DNA of 64,000 nt from a bacterium (lineage in GTDB: Bacteria > UBA8248), in assembly GCA_965207065.1 (NCBI GenBank), contig OZ242260.1, positions 3,232,001 to 3,296,000 of the forward strand, read 5' to 3'. Positions 1 through 9,907 of the stretch are shown here, piece after piece. The position numbers and the translations under genes are program-made. Every line of letters begins with the position of its first letter. Positions within the stretch are counted from its first letter, which is position 1. Under the pieces are notes generated by a model, which had not been told where the DNA came from, did not search any database, and worked only from the letters and a program-made list of their open reading frames with translations.

Positions 1-18
1 GCCCGATTCCTTGAACAT

Positions 19-921
19 TTGGCTACGCCCTCTGTTTCCCGCCCGGATTTCTCGACTTCTCTCACATGGGACATTTGGTATTTGATTAGCTTGCGTATTT
101 GTCTGGTATTTTTTTGCTTCGCGATAGCCGGTTGCGCGCTCCTTAAAACCGGACAAGTGGAGGAAGTCGCACCGCTCGATATGTCACGGGCGGAAATCAT
201 GGCCAAGCTGAGGCAGAGGCGATATCTCCGTGCGTACCGGGGCATGACATTCATGCAGTTGCGCTATCACGGCGATCGCTCGCAGGCGAGACACGAAAAC
301 CCCTTGGTTCCACAGGGTACGTTTGCCGGTAACGTGGCCCTTGTCCTGAGAAAGCCCGACTCGCTGCGGATGGAGCCGCTCTCTCCGTTCGGCACGCCTT
401 TGGTGGTGGTCGTCGCGCATGGCGCCTCGTTTCGCGCTTATTCGCCTTCGCGCAACGCCATTTACATGGGCAGGACGGACAGGCGGGGAATCGAGGAGAT
501 TCTTGGAATCCCGCTGAACAGCGGGATTTTCATCAAGCTTTTGCTGGGGGACTGGGCGGCTGTAATGGGAGGCGAGGAAAATCTCGAATTGAAAAAGCCG
601 GGTTCCGTCTATGTGCTCGAGACGAAGAGGGGAGCCGGAGGAGCGCTTTCGGGTTTTGTCGAACTGGAGCCTCTCGGTCTTCATCCCGTGAAAATGGAAC
701 TTCGCACGCAGCGGGGGGCAGTCGTTGTTCACTATGGCGAGTTTTTGAAAACCGCGAACGTGTGGCGTCCCTCACAGGTGGAGATCCTAGGGCCCGATGG
801 AAAGAACCGGCTCCACATCTCCTACCCGACGGATGAGGACGTGATGGACACGACGCTTCCGGACGAGTTGTTCCGACTGGAGACTCCCCGGGGCGCCAGG
901 ACGCTGTGGCTGGGAGGATAG
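19..921 (+). CDS. Outer-membrane lipoprotein, LolB/DUF4292-like (true start probably later than the TTG at 19)
   Basis: Hydrophobic stretch ending in lipobox-like AIAGC; LolA/B-like C-terminus (LFRLETPRGA); lies directly upstream of ispE, where lolB commonly sits. Confidence 0.55.
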   Translation: MATPSVSRPDFSTSLTWDIWYLISLRICLVFFCFAIAGCALLKTGQVEEVAPLDMSRAEIMAKLRQRRYLRAYRGMTFMQLRYHGDRSQARHENPLVPQGTFAGNVALVLRKPDSLRMEPLSPFGTPLVVVVAHGASFRAYSPSRNAIYMGRTDRRGIEEILGIPLNSGIFIKLLLGDWAAVMGGEENLELKKPGSVYVLETKRGAGGALSGFVELEPLGLHPVKMELRTQRGAVVVHYGEFLKTANVWRPSQVEILGPDGKNRLHISYPTDEDVMDTTLPDELFRLETPRGARTLWLGG

Positions 922-929
922 CCCGTTTC

Positions 930-1826
930 ATGAGCGGCAAAGTTGTTTCCGAAACCGTGGCCTTGAGAACGCCTGCGAAAATCAACCTGCGCCTGAGGAT
1001 CCTGGGACTGCGCGCCGACGGCTATCACGAACTCATCACGTGGATGCAGCAGGTATCGCTGTATGACGAGGTTCGAATCGAGCCGGGCGGCAAGAGGATT
1101 CTTGTTTATACGGATAGGGCTGATGTTCCCGGCGGCAGAGAGAACATCGTGCATCGCGCGGCCCGGGCCTTGCGGGAAGCATCGGGACGCGGTGCGCTCG
1201 GTGCGCGCATCTATCTGAAGAAGAACATCCCCGCGGGTGCAGGCCTGGGCGGGGGGAGCGGCAACGCGGCGGGAGCGCTCTGGGCGCTGAACCGGGCCTG
1301 GCGCCTCGGTATGCGCAAGGCGGAATTGAGCGAAGTAGCCGCGCGCGTCGGCTCGGATGTCCCGTTTTTTCTCGGTGGACCGGCGGCGGTTTGCCGGGGC
1401 AGGGGCGAGCGTGTCGAGACGAAAGAAGCTCTGAGGAGCGGCTGGTTTCTATTGGTCAAGCCCCCCGTGGTATTGTCCACGCACGAAGTCTATGGCTGGT
1501 CTCGTGCAAAACTGGGCCGGGAGGGACGAGATTTCGACGAAACAAAGGGTCTGGTGCGTCTCGGGAAGTATGAATACGGCAATGATTTGCAGAAAATCGT
1601 CTTTCCGAAATATCCCCGGCTCGAGAGCCTGTGTGAGGAGCTCTTACGCCAAGGCGCCGTTAGGGCCATGATGAGCGGCAGCGGCTCGACGATTTTCGGC
1701 TTTTTTCGACGGAAAGGGGAGGCCGAGCGGGCGGCAATCCGTATCAGGAAGAGTGAAAAGGGGGAGAATTGCGAATGTTTTCTCACGACTCCGCTTCAGG
1801 AGACGTGGTATTCGAAAAAAAACTGA
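930..1826 (+). CDS. ispE: 4-diphosphocytidyl-2-C-methyl-D-erythritol kinase
   Basis: PAKINL, DGYHEL, GHMP motif PAGAGLGGGSGNAA, GSDVPFF, MSGSGS; ATG at 930. Confidence 0.95.
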   Translation: MSGKVVSETVALRTPAKINLRLRILGLRADGYHELITWMQQVSLYDEVRIEPGGKRILVYTDRADVPGGRENIVHRAARALREASGRGALGARIYLKKNIPAGAGLGGGSGNAAGALWALNRAWRLGMRKAELSEVAARVGSDVPFFLGGPAAVCRGRGERVETKEALRSGWFLLVKPPVVLSTHEVYGWSRAKLGREGRDFDETKGLVRLGKYEYGNDLQKIVFPKYPRLESLCEELLRQGAVRAMMSGSGSTIFGFFRRKGEAERAAIRIRKSEKGENCECFLTTPLQETWYSKKN

Positions 1827-1884
1827 AAAGTTAGGGAAAATTCCTGAAAAAACGGGAAATAGAGAGAATTTCGCCTCTCACCAC

Positions 1885-1913
1885 TTGCCTCCGCCTGGAA
1901 AATCAAGTATCAA
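1885..1913 (+). promoter_or_regulatory. Possible sigma70 promoter for prs-rplY-pth
   Basis: TTGCCT-17 nt-TATCAA upstream of prs. Confidence 0.3.
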
Positions 1914-1960
1914 AAATCGCTCTTTGTGATTGAATGAACAATACCATGTGAGCAGGAACG

Positions 1961-2905
1961 GTGAATGGACATCAGTTAAAGGTCTTCGGCGGGCGATCGA
2001 ATCCGGCACTGAATCAGAGTATTTTTGATTCTTTGTACATCCGGCCCGGCTCGATAGAAATCATCGATTTCAGTGACGGGGAAACGTTTGTCCGAATAAA
2101 CGAGAACATCCGGGGCGCGGACGTGTTCGCCGTACAGAGTCTGTGTTCTCCCGGGAATGCGAACCTGATGGAAATGCTCATCATGCTCGATGCGTTCAGG
2201 CGCTCATCGGCCGAGCGCATCACGGCGGTGATCCCCTATTTCGCGTACGCGCGCCAGGACCGGAAGGTGCAGCCGAGAGTGCCCATTACCGCGAAACTCG
2301 TCGCCAACCTTCTGGCCGCCTCGGGTGCGGACAGGGTCATCGCTATGGATTTGCATGCGGGCCAGATACAGGGGTTTTTCGATATTCCCGTGGACCATCT
2401 CTATTCCGCGCCCATCATGATAGAGTATTTCAAGAAGAAGGAATTGAAAGATTTGGTGGTCGTCTCGCCCGACGCCGGAGGCGTGGAGAGGGCCCGTGAC
2501 TACGCGAGGAGGATGAACGCGAGTCTCGGCATCATCGATAAGCGGAGGGAGCGGGCGAACCACTCGGAAGTCATGAACATCATCGGCGACGTGAAAGGAT
2601 GCGACGTTCTGGTCGTGGATGATCTTTGTGATACGGCGGGCACGATCAGCCAGGGCGCCGATGCGCTCATGGCGGCCGGCGCGCGGCAGGTATACGCTTG
2701 CTGCACGCACGCAGTCTTGTCGGGCCCGGCGGTGGAGAGAATCGAAAAATCGGGCATCGTCGAATTCGTCGTGAGCGATTCGATACCTCTTTCGGATAAA
2801 GCGAAAGGCTGCTCTCGCATTAAAGTCCTGGAGGTGGGGAGGCTTTTGGCCGAGGCGATCCGCCGGATCCACGAGAATGCCTCCGTGAGCAGTTTGTTCG
2901 AATAA
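1961..2905 (+). CDS. prs: Ribose-phosphate pyrophosphokinase
   Basis: FSDGE, YARQDRK, DLHAGQIQGFF, VVSPDAGG, VDDLCDTAGT. Confidence 0.97.
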   Translation: MNGHQLKVFGGRSNPALNQSIFDSLYIRPGSIEIIDFSDGETFVRINENIRGADVFAVQSLCSPGNANLMEMLIMLDAFRRSSAERITAVIPYFAYARQDRKVQPRVPITAKLVANLLAASGADRVIAMDLHAGQIQGFFDIPVDHLYSAPIMIEYFKKKELKDLVVVSPDAGGVERARDYARRMNASLGIIDKRRERANHSEVMNIIGDVKGCDVLVVDDLCDTAGTISQGADALMAAGARQVYACCTHAVLSGPAVERIEKSGIVEFVVSDSIPLSDKAKGCSRIKVLEVGRLLAEAIRRIHENASVSSLFE

Positions 2906-2938
2906 CTATTCTGCTGGACGGAATATCTGGAGCGAAAA

Positions 2939-3613
2939 ATGGAAAATTTGTCACTCTCGGTGAATAAAAGAGCCCTGAAAGGAAAGAGCGGCGCCCGTGC
3001 GGTAAGAAAAGCAGGCAACATACCGGGCGTCGTGTACGGGATTAAAGATTCCACACCCTTGACCATCAGCCCCAAGGAACTGGAAGCCTTGCTCGGTACG
3101 AGGGCCGGCGCCAACGTCATCTTCCAACTCAACGTCGAGGGCGAAGCCGCCTCGGACCGCCCCGTTATCGTAAAAGAGCTTCAACGCGACCCGATGAAGG
3201 ACACGATTGTCCATGCGGATTTTCTGGAAATCCGGATGGACGAGAAGATCGAAATCGCCGTGCCTCTATCCTTGTCGGGTGAGTCGCCCGGTGAAAAAAT
3301 GGGTGGAACAGTCTCTCAGTTGCTGCGCGAACTGGAGGTATCCTGTTTGCCGAACGCCATCCCGGAGCAGATCGAAGTCGATGTTTCGGAGGTGGAAATT
3401 GGCGATGTGATTCACGTGCGTGATCTGCTGATTCCCGAAGGCGTTGAGCTGGTGGCCGACCCCGATGATCCCGTCATGACGGTTATGGTTCCGGTCGAAG
3501 AAGAGGAAGAAGAGGTCGAGGATGAATTTGATGTCGAAGGCGAAGGAGAAGATGCGCCGGATGCCGAGGCATCAGATGACGAGGGGGACAAAGCGGCTGA
3601 ATCTTCCGACTGA
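2939..3613 (+). CDS. rplY: 50S ribosomal protein L25/Ctc with acidic tail
   Basis: IPGVVYG, HADF, IPEQIEVDVS; prs-rplY-pth synteny. Confidence 0.95.
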   Translation: MENLSLSVNKRALKGKSGARAVRKAGNIPGVVYGIKDSTPLTISPKELEALLGTRAGANVIFQLNVEGEAASDRPVIVKELQRDPMKDTIVHADFLEIRMDEKIEIAVPLSLSGESPGEKMGGTVSQLLRELEVSCLPNAIPEQIEVDVSEVEIGDVIHVRDLLIPEGVELVADPDDPVMTVMVPVEEEEEEVEDEFDVEGEGEDAPDAEASDDEGDKAAESSD

Positions 3614-3655
3614 TGGTTCGTGCGGGAAGCCGGCAATAGTGAGACTGGGGTGTAA

Positions 3656-4195
3656 ATGGCTGCCGCTGTCTTGATCGTCGGTCTTGGCAACCCCGGTTTA
3701 GAGTATGCGCTGACGAGGCACAATCTGGGGTTCTGGGCGGTGGATAGAATGGCCCGCGCCCATCGCGTTTCGGTGAATGATTCGAAATACCATTCCGTCC
3801 TGGGCAGTGGGTCGCTCAGGGGGTGGAAATTCATACTCGCGAAGCCTCAGACGTTTATGAATTTAAGTGGCAAAGCCGTGAGGGCGCTCCTTCTCGGAGA
3901 AGGGCTGGCGCCTGAAGATTTACTTGTGATGCACGACGACATGGATATCGAGCTCGGACGTGTGAAGTTCAAGAAATCGGGTGGAGACGCTGGCCATCAT
4001 GGCATCGGCAGCATCATCCACTCATTGGGTACGGACGAGTTTTCCCGTCTGCGCATCGGGGTGGGCAGACCGCCGAGTGGCGTGAACGGTGCGGATTGGT
4101 TGTTGGATCCTTTTCTCGATCATGAATTGGAAGCAGTGGATCCTGCTGTTGATGAGGCGATGCACCGGGCGATTGAGTTCGTTGTTGGCAAATGA
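3656..4195 (+). CDS. pth: Peptidyl-tRNA hydrolase
   Basis: GLGNPG, TRHNLG, KPQTFMNLSG, HDDMD, RLRIGVGRP. Confidence 0.96.
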   Translation: MAAAVLIVGLGNPGLEYALTRHNLGFWAVDRMARAHRVSVNDSKYHSVLGSGSLRGWKFILAKPQTFMNLSGKAVRALLLGEGLAPEDLLVMHDDMDIELGRVKFKKSGGDAGHHGIGSIIHSLGTDEFSRLRIGVGRPPSGVNGADWLLDPFLDHELEAVDPAVDEAMHRAIEFVVGK

Positions 4196-4283
4196 CCTTG
4201 AATCCGTCTTGCTCATTGCAAAGTTGAAAGTCCATCTTAATACCTCTCGCTAAACAGCCCGTGAGGAGGAGGAAAGGGAGATA

Positions 4284-6281
4284 ATGGTTGCTTTCTCAAA
4301 CATGGCCGCAATCTTCGGGATTGCGGGGTTGGTTCTGGCGGCTGCGATTTACAATTGGGTTTCCAAACAATCAGACGGCAACGATCTGATGCGGAAACTC
4401 GCCGGCCAGATACATGAAGGCGCAATGGTGTTTCTGAAGAGGGAATACAAGATTCTCGCGATTTTCGTCGTGGTCGTCTTCGTTCTTCTGAGCGTCGCCA
4501 TATCCGTGAAAACGGGTATCGCCTTCATCGTCGGCGCCATCTGCTCGGTTCTCGCCGGCTTTTTCGGCATGAACTCGGCTACGAAGGCGAACGTGAGAAC
4601 GGCGGCGGCGGCGAATTCGGGCGCGGGCCAGGCGGGCGCGCTCTCCATGGCGTTCTTCGGCGGAACCGTGATGGGTCTTTCCGTCGCGAGCCTGGGACTT
4701 TTGGGCGTGGGGGCGTTGTTCTGGTATTTCGACCTGCTCAATAATGCGTCGAACGTGACCATCATCAGCGGTTTCTCGATGGGCGCGAGCTCCATCGCGC
4801 TGTTCGCGCGCGTGGGCGGCGGTATTTTCACCAAGACCGCGGACGTGGGCGCGGACCTCGTCGGCAAGGTGGAGGCGAACATTCCCGAAGACGATCCGAG
4901 GAATCCAGCCGTCATCGCCGACAACGTGGGCGACTGCGTGGGGGACGTCGCCGGCATGGGCGCCGACTTGTTCGAATCCTACGTTGGCGCCATCATTTCG
5001 ACGATATTCATCGGCTCGACCATCGGCACGGCCCTGGGCGCGAACAGCTCGGCGGCGATGGCGCTGCCCCTGCTGCTCGCTATGATGGGCTTGATCGCCT
5101 CCTCGATAGGCATCGCCTCGATGAAGGTGCTGGCATCGAAAAATCCGGCCCTCGCCCTCAGGAGCGCCACCGGAATCGCGACGGTCATATTCATCATCCT
5201 GGCTTTTTTCGTTACCGGCTCGCTGGGCCTGAATAACGGCGTGTTCGGCTCGGTTCTCTTCGGCGCGGCCGGCGGCGTCCTCATCGGCTGGCTCACCGAG
5301 TATTACACCGGAACGGGCGGAAAGCCCGTCGGCGAAATCGTCGCTGCCTCCGAGACCGGAGTGGCGACGAACATCATCAGCGGCTTCGCCGTGGGTCTCG
5401 AGAGCGTGTGCGCTCCCCTGCTCGTATTGGCGGTGATTACCCTCGTCTCGAACGGCTGGGCGGGGCTCTACGGCATCTCCATCGCCGCCGTGGGAATGCT
5501 GGCGACGATCGGCATCACCATGTCGGTCGATGCGTATGGCCCGATTGCCGATAACGCGGGCGGAATCACGGAAATGAGCGAGTTGGGGCCCGAAACGCGG
5601 AAGATCACCGACGGCCTCGACGCGCTGGGCAACACCACGGCGGCCATCGGCAAGGGATTCGCCATCGGCTCCGCCGCGCTGACGGCGCTCGCCTTTTACG
5701 CTGCGTACACGAAAGCGGCCGATCTTCAGCAGATCAACCTCACCGAAGCGAAGGTGGTGGCCGGCATGTTCATCGGCGGGGCAGTTCCGTTCCTCATTGG
5801 TGCGCTGACCATGAAATCCGTCGGTAAGGCCGCATTCATCATGATTCAGGAGATCAGGCGTCAGTTCCGTGAGATTCCCGGCATCATGGAGGGAACGGCG
5901 GACCCCGACAGTGCGCGCTGTATCGACATCAGCACCCAGGCCGCTCTCAAGGAGATGGTGCTCCCCGGCGTAGTAGCCGTCGTCGCGCCCATTATAGTGG
6001 GGTATCTGATGGGCAAAGAGGCTCTCGGCGGTATGCTCGCCGGCGCCCTGCTCTCGGGTGTTCTCGTCGCCTTGCTGATGGCGAACGCGGGCGGCGCCTG
6101 GGATAACGCGAAAAAAGAGATAGAAGACGGCAAACTCGGCGGCAAGGGCTCCGAGGCCCATAAGGCAGCCGTTGTGGGCGATACGGTGGGAGACCCGATG
6201 AAGGACACCTCGGGCCCTTCGATGAACATTCTGATCAAGTTGATGTCCATCGTATCTCTCGTGTTGGCGCCGCTTTTCTAG
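4284..6281 (+). CDS. hppA: Membrane-integral pyrophosphatase, probably K+-dependent Na+-translocating
   Basis: [54 protein letters not shown]; many transmembrane helices. Confidence 0.95.
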   Translation: MVAFSNMAAIFGIAGLVLAAAIYNWVSKQSDGNDLMRKLAGQIHEGAMVFLKREYKILAIFVVVVFVLLSVAISVKTGIAFIVGAICSVLAGFFGMNSATKANVRTAAAANSGAGQAGALSMAFFGGTVMGLSVASLGLLGVGALFWYFDLLNNASNVTIISGFSMGASSIALFARVGGGIFTKTADVGADLVGKVEANIPEDDPRNPAVIADNVGDCVGDVAGMGADLFESYVGAIISTIFIGSTIGTALGANSSAAMALPLLLAMMGLIASSIGIASMKVLASKNPALALRSATGIATVIFIILAFFVTGSLGLNNGVFGSVLFGAAGGVLIGWLTEYYTGTGGKPVGEIVAASETGVATNIISGFAVGLESVCAPLLVLAVITLVSNGWAGLYGISIAAVGMLATIGITMSVDAYGPIADNAGGITEMSELGPETRKITDGLDALGNTTAAIGKGFAIGSAALTALAFYAAYTKAADLQQINLTEAKVVAGMFIGGAVPFLIGALTMKSVGKAAFIMIQEIRRQFREIPGIMEGTADPDSARCIDISTQAALKEMVLPGVVAVVAPIIVGYLMGKEALGGMLAGALLSGVLVALLMANAGGAWDNAKKEIEDGKLGGKGSEAHKAAVVGDTVGDPMKDTSGPSMNILIKLMSIVSLVLAPLF

Positions 6282-6382
6282 TGAAAGCGGGCGTCTGAAG
6301 CAAAGCAAGTATTTTTACGGCTCCTTGTTGGAGCCGCTATGGCCCGCCGAGGGCATGTATGCTAACCTTCGGCCATTATTGG

Positions 6383-6432
6383 CTCCTCGCTCCGGTTGGC
6401 GAAGGCCGGGGCCGTTCAGTCCGGGAGGAGGA
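6383..6432 (+). promoter_or_regulatory. Putative S6:S18 ribosomal-protein leader RNA
   Basis: CTCCTC can pair with the rpsF Shine-Dalgarno GAGGAG; inner stem CTCCGG/CCGGGG followed by unpaired CCG, the layout of the S6:S18 leader. Confidence 0.55.
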
Positions 6433-6436
6433 CTAG

Positions 6437-6853
6437 ATGAGACAGTACGAAACGATGGTTTTGTTGTCCCCGGAACTCACCGATGAAACCGTGGACGAGA
6501 AGGTTTCCGGTTTCGAGAAAAAGGTGACCGAAGGGGGCGGAGAAATTCTGAACGTAGAACGATGGGGCAAGAAGCGCCTCGCCTATCCCATCCAACGTCA
6601 GCGTCACGGCATCTATTTCATCGTCACATACCATTCTGAACCGGAAGTGGTGGCGGACATCGAGCGCGATATGCGCATCGATGAAGAGACGTGGCGCTAT
6701 ATGACGGTGCGGATGGATGAAGTTCTCCTGAGAAAACTCGAGAAAAACGCAAAAAGCGCGGCCGCCAGAGAAAGAGAGGGCGCTTCGGAGGGCGGTGACG
6801 GTGATTCTCCACGCCGGCCGGCGCCCGCCGCTTCGGACGATTCTAAATCGTAG
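6437..6853 (+). CDS. rpsF: 30S ribosomal protein S6
   Basis: MRQYE, WGKKRLAYPI. Confidence 0.96.
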   Translation: MRQYETMVLLSPELTDETVDEKVSGFEKKVTEGGGEILNVERWGKKRLAYPIQRQRHGIYFIVTYHSEPEVVADIERDMRIDEETWRYMTVRMDEVLLRKLEKNAKSAAAREREGASEGGDGDSPRRPAPAASDDSKS

Positions 6854-6863
6854 GGGTATCGTT

Positions 6864-7289
6864 ATGGCCCAGATGAATTCCGTTTATCTGCGCGGCAACA
6901 TGACGCGCGATCCCGAAAAGCGGTTTCTGCCTTCCGGGAATTCCGTGGTTTCTTTCGGGTTCGCGGTCAATCGGAGGTATCGCAGTGGAGAAGAGTGGAA
7001 AGAAGATACCTGCTTCGTGGATGTAGTCGTCTATGGACGCCAGGGCGATTGGGTGATGGAGCAGACAAGCAAGGGCAGCCCGCTCGTGGTGGAAGGGCGG
7101 TTGAGCTTCCGCTCATGGGAAGCGCAGGATGGCTCGAGGCGCAGCAAGCATGAAGTGGTGGCGAACAATATCCATTTCCTGTCCACCCGGGCCGAAATGT
7201 CTGGAGGAGGCGGTGGGGCGAGGAGCACGGAATCCTACACGCCGCCGCCGCAAGACTCGCCCATGACGGATGATGACATTCCATTTTGA
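6864..7289 (+). CDS. ssb: Single-stranded DNA-binding protein
   Basis: GNMTRDPE, VEGRL, C-terminal DDDIPF; ATG at 6864. Confidence 0.96.
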   Translation: MAQMNSVYLRGNMTRDPEKRFLPSGNSVVSFGFAVNRRYRSGEEWKEDTCFVDVVVYGRQGDWVMEQTSKGSPLVVEGRLSFRSWEAQDGSRRSKHEVVANNIHFLSTRAEMSGGGGGARSTESYTPPPQDSPMTDDDIPF

Positions 7290-7324
7290 TTTCGAAATTG
7301 ATTGCTCAGTTCTAGGAGATAGAT

Positions 7325-7594
7325 ATGGCGCTTGTTCCCCGTGGATTTGGCGATAAGAAAAAGAAGAGAAAAAAGCGTTTTCAGCGAAAGAAAATATGCC
7401 GCTTTACGGCGGATGGTGTGGCGTATATCGACTACAAGGACGTGAAAACGCTTCGTAACATGGTGAGTGAGCGGGGAAAAATCATTCCCCGCCGCGTGAC
7501 CGGCACCTCCGCCCGCTTTCAGCGGCAATTGACGACGGCGATTAAGCGCGCCCGCTACATGGCGTTGATGCCCTATACCGTAGACCATTCATAA
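7325..7594 (+). CDS. rpsR: 30S ribosomal protein S18
   Basis: [27 protein letters not shown]. Confidence 0.97.
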   Translation: MALVPRGFGDKKKKRKKRFQRKKICRFTADGVAYIDYKDVKTLRNMVSERGKIIPRRVTGTSARFQRQLTTAIKRARYMALMPYTVDHS

Positions 7595-7611
7595 GTCGGA
7601 GATATTGAACG

Positions 7612-8238
7612 ATGCGCTTGATATTGCGTAAGGACATAGAGAGTCTCGGAGAGGTGGGAGACGTCGTTGAAGTAGCCGACGGCTACGGGCTCAACTACCT
7701 TATCCCGAAAGGTCTGGCGCTTCATGCCACGGCGAGCACGGTGCGCGCGACGCAGCATGAGCAGCGGCTGCGGGAAGCGCAAATCCAGGCGGCGAAACGA
7801 AGCGCACAGGATTACGCGGGCGAATTCTCGGGCGTCGAACTCGAATTCTCGATGCGTGTGGGTGCAGATGGCAGGCTGTTCGGCTCTGTGACCAACCGGA
7901 TGATAGAGGACGCTCTGCAGGAGAAGGGCCTCGATGTGAACCGCAGGAAAATCGTTCTGGATGAGCCGATTAAAATGGTCGGTACTTATGACGTCGACAT
8001 TCGCCTGCACCAGGAAGTGAGGGCGTCGGTTCAAGTGAAAGTCATGCCCGATGAAGCGTCCGTGGCGGCTGCGGCCGAGGCGGAAGAAGCCTCTGCAGCC
8101 GAGGTGGAAGAAGCTGCTGAGGCAGCGGATGAGGTTCAGGACGAAGCAGAAGCGTCGGCTGAGGCGACAGAGGCCGTTGTTGCGGATGAGCCGGAGGAAA
8201 GCCAGGACGCAGAAGGTGAGGAAAAGAAAGCCGAATAG
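7612..8238 (+). CDS. rplI: 50S ribosomal protein L9 with Ala/Glu-rich tail
   Basis: LGEVGDVVEVADGYGLNYLIPKGLA, GRLFGSVT. Confidence 0.96.
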   Translation: MRLILRKDIESLGEVGDVVEVADGYGLNYLIPKGLALHATASTVRATQHEQRLREAQIQAAKRSAQDYAGEFSGVELEFSMRVGADGRLFGSVTNRMIEDALQEKGLDVNRRKIVLDEPIKMVGTYDVDIRLHQEVRASVQVKVMPDEASVAAAAEAEEASAAEVEEAAEAADEVQDEAEASAEATEAVVADEPEESQDAEGEEKKAE

Positions 8239-8299
8239 CGTTTCGCATACCCGGTCTTTTCAGTTGTGTAGTGGCAGGACCAAAGATATCATAGAGTTG

Positions 8300-8334
8300 G
8301 CAGGGGCTGCCGATTTCCGACGCCCCTGTTTTTC
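8300..8334 (+). terminator. Rho-independent terminator after rplI
   Basis: GCAGGGGC...GCCCCTGT stem followed by a T run. Confidence 0.55.
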
Positions 8335-8440
8335 ATCGTATCCCGAATTTACTTTTTCAGATAGTTTGATCTTGGCTGCATCTGATGTAATCTAACGTCC
8401 ACGCCCGTTCTTTCCACTGAATCGTCATTGGAGTTTCGAA

Positions 8441-9865
8441 GTGGAAATGTCCGCTCGTGATGAGCGGTCCGCGCAGACGGGCCATCTCCCCCCACAGAAC
8501 ATAGAAGCCGAGCAGCGCGTTCTGGGCGCTTTGCTGCTGGATGGCTCGATGGTGCCGCCCGTTATGGAGGTGTTGCGGCCGGAGCATTTCTACCGCATGA
8601 GCCACCGCGTGATTTACGAGGGCATGCTCAGCCTTTTCGAGAAATCAGAACCCATCGACCTGCTTACCCTGGCCGATGCCCTGAAAAAGGCGGGAACGCT
8701 CGATACCGCGGGCGGGCCCGAATATATCGCGCGTCTGGCGGATGATGTTTCCAGCGCCAGGCGTGCTGAAATTTATGCGAAACTTGTAAGAAGCGCGGCA
8801 TTGCTCAGAGAGCTAATCCACACCTCGAACGCCATCGCACAGAGAGCCTTCACAGGCGAGGAGGATATCGATACGCTCGTGGACGACGCCGAGCGCGCGA
8901 TGTTGGAGGTTTCATCCGGCAGGTATCAACAAAGCGTAGAGGGAATGCGCGACATCATCAAACATACGTTTCCCTACCTGGAAGACCTCTATGATCGCAA
9001 GGAACTGGTCACCGGCGTGCCCACGGGTTTCTCCGACTTGGACAAGCTGACGAGTGGTTTGCAGCCCGGGGAATTGGTCATCATCGCCGGTCGTCCCAGC
9101 ATGGGTAAAACGGCGTTCGCCCTGTGCATCGCCGAATACGCCGCTTTGACCTCAAAAACCGCCACGGCGATATTCAGCCTTGAAATGAGTGCGCGGGCTT
9201 TGGCCATCCGCATGATGTGTGGACGCGCCATGGTGAATTCCAGGCAGCTTCAGAGCGGCTACATGCCGTCTCAGAAATGGCCGGATTTGATTCGGAGTGC
9301 AGGTGAATTATCAGAGGCTTCCATATACGTGGACGATGCGACGGATTTGTCCGTATTCGACATCCGGGCGAAATGCCGCCGCATCCAGGCGGATCAGGGC
9401 CTTGGCCTCGTTGTGGTCGACTATCTCCAGCTAGTGCACCACAGGGGTCGTTCCATGGAGAATCGCCAGCGCGAGATCAGCGAAATATCTCGCGGCTTGA
9501 AAGGACTAGCGAAAGAACTCGATGTGCCCGTCGTGGCCCTCAGTCAGCTTTCAAGGGCGGTGGAATCAAGAGAGGGCAAGCGTCCCAACCTGGCCGATTT
9601 GCGCGAGTCAGGCTCTATCGAGCAGGATGCGGACGTCGTGGCCTTGCTTTACCGCGAGGAGTATTATGAGCCGAAAGCGGAGAACAAAGGACTCGCCACC
9701 GTCATTCTCGCCAAACAGCGTAACGGGCCGACCGGTGAACTCGAACTCAAGTTTTTCCCGGATTATGCGCGATTCGTAAATCTGGATTCATTCCATGAGA
9801 GCGCGGTTGTGGGCTCGCAAAATGCGGAACCGGGCTATCCCGATGAAGCGGATGCGCCGTTCTAG
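8441..9865 (+). CDS. dnaB: Replicative DNA helicase (no intein)
   Basis: PPQNIEAEQ, GRPSMGKT, FSLEM, VDYLQL, SQLSR, DLRESGSIEQDAD, KQRNGPTG. Confidence 0.98.
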   Translation: MEMSARDERSAQTGHLPPQNIEAEQRVLGALLLDGSMVPPVMEVLRPEHFYRMSHRVIYEGMLSLFEKSEPIDLLTLADALKKAGTLDTAGGPEYIARLADDVSSARRAEIYAKLVRSAALLRELIHTSNAIAQRAFTGEEDIDTLVDDAERAMLEVSSGRYQQSVEGMRDIIKHTFPYLEDLYDRKELVTGVPTGFSDLDKLTSGLQPGELVIIAGRPSMGKTAFALCIAEYAALTSKTATAIFSLEMSARALAIRMMCGRAMVNSRQLQSGYMPSQKWPDLIRSAGELSEASIYVDDATDLSVFDIRAKCRRIQADQGLGLVVVDYLQLVHHRGRSMENRQREISEISRGLKGLAKELDVPVVALSQLSRAVESREGKRPNLADLRESGSIEQDADVVALLYREEYYEPKAENKGLATVILAKQRNGPTGELELKFFPDYARFVNLDSFHESAVVGSQNAEPGYPDEADAPF

Positions 9866-9907
9866 CGACGGAACAGCAATAATGTCTCCCCTAAGGGGGC
9901 TTTCTTT

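Noticed and set aside
4371-6308. 645-aa ORF antisense to hppA
   Set aside because: Shadow frame of a GC-rich gene; His/Arg-rich with no recognisable motifs.
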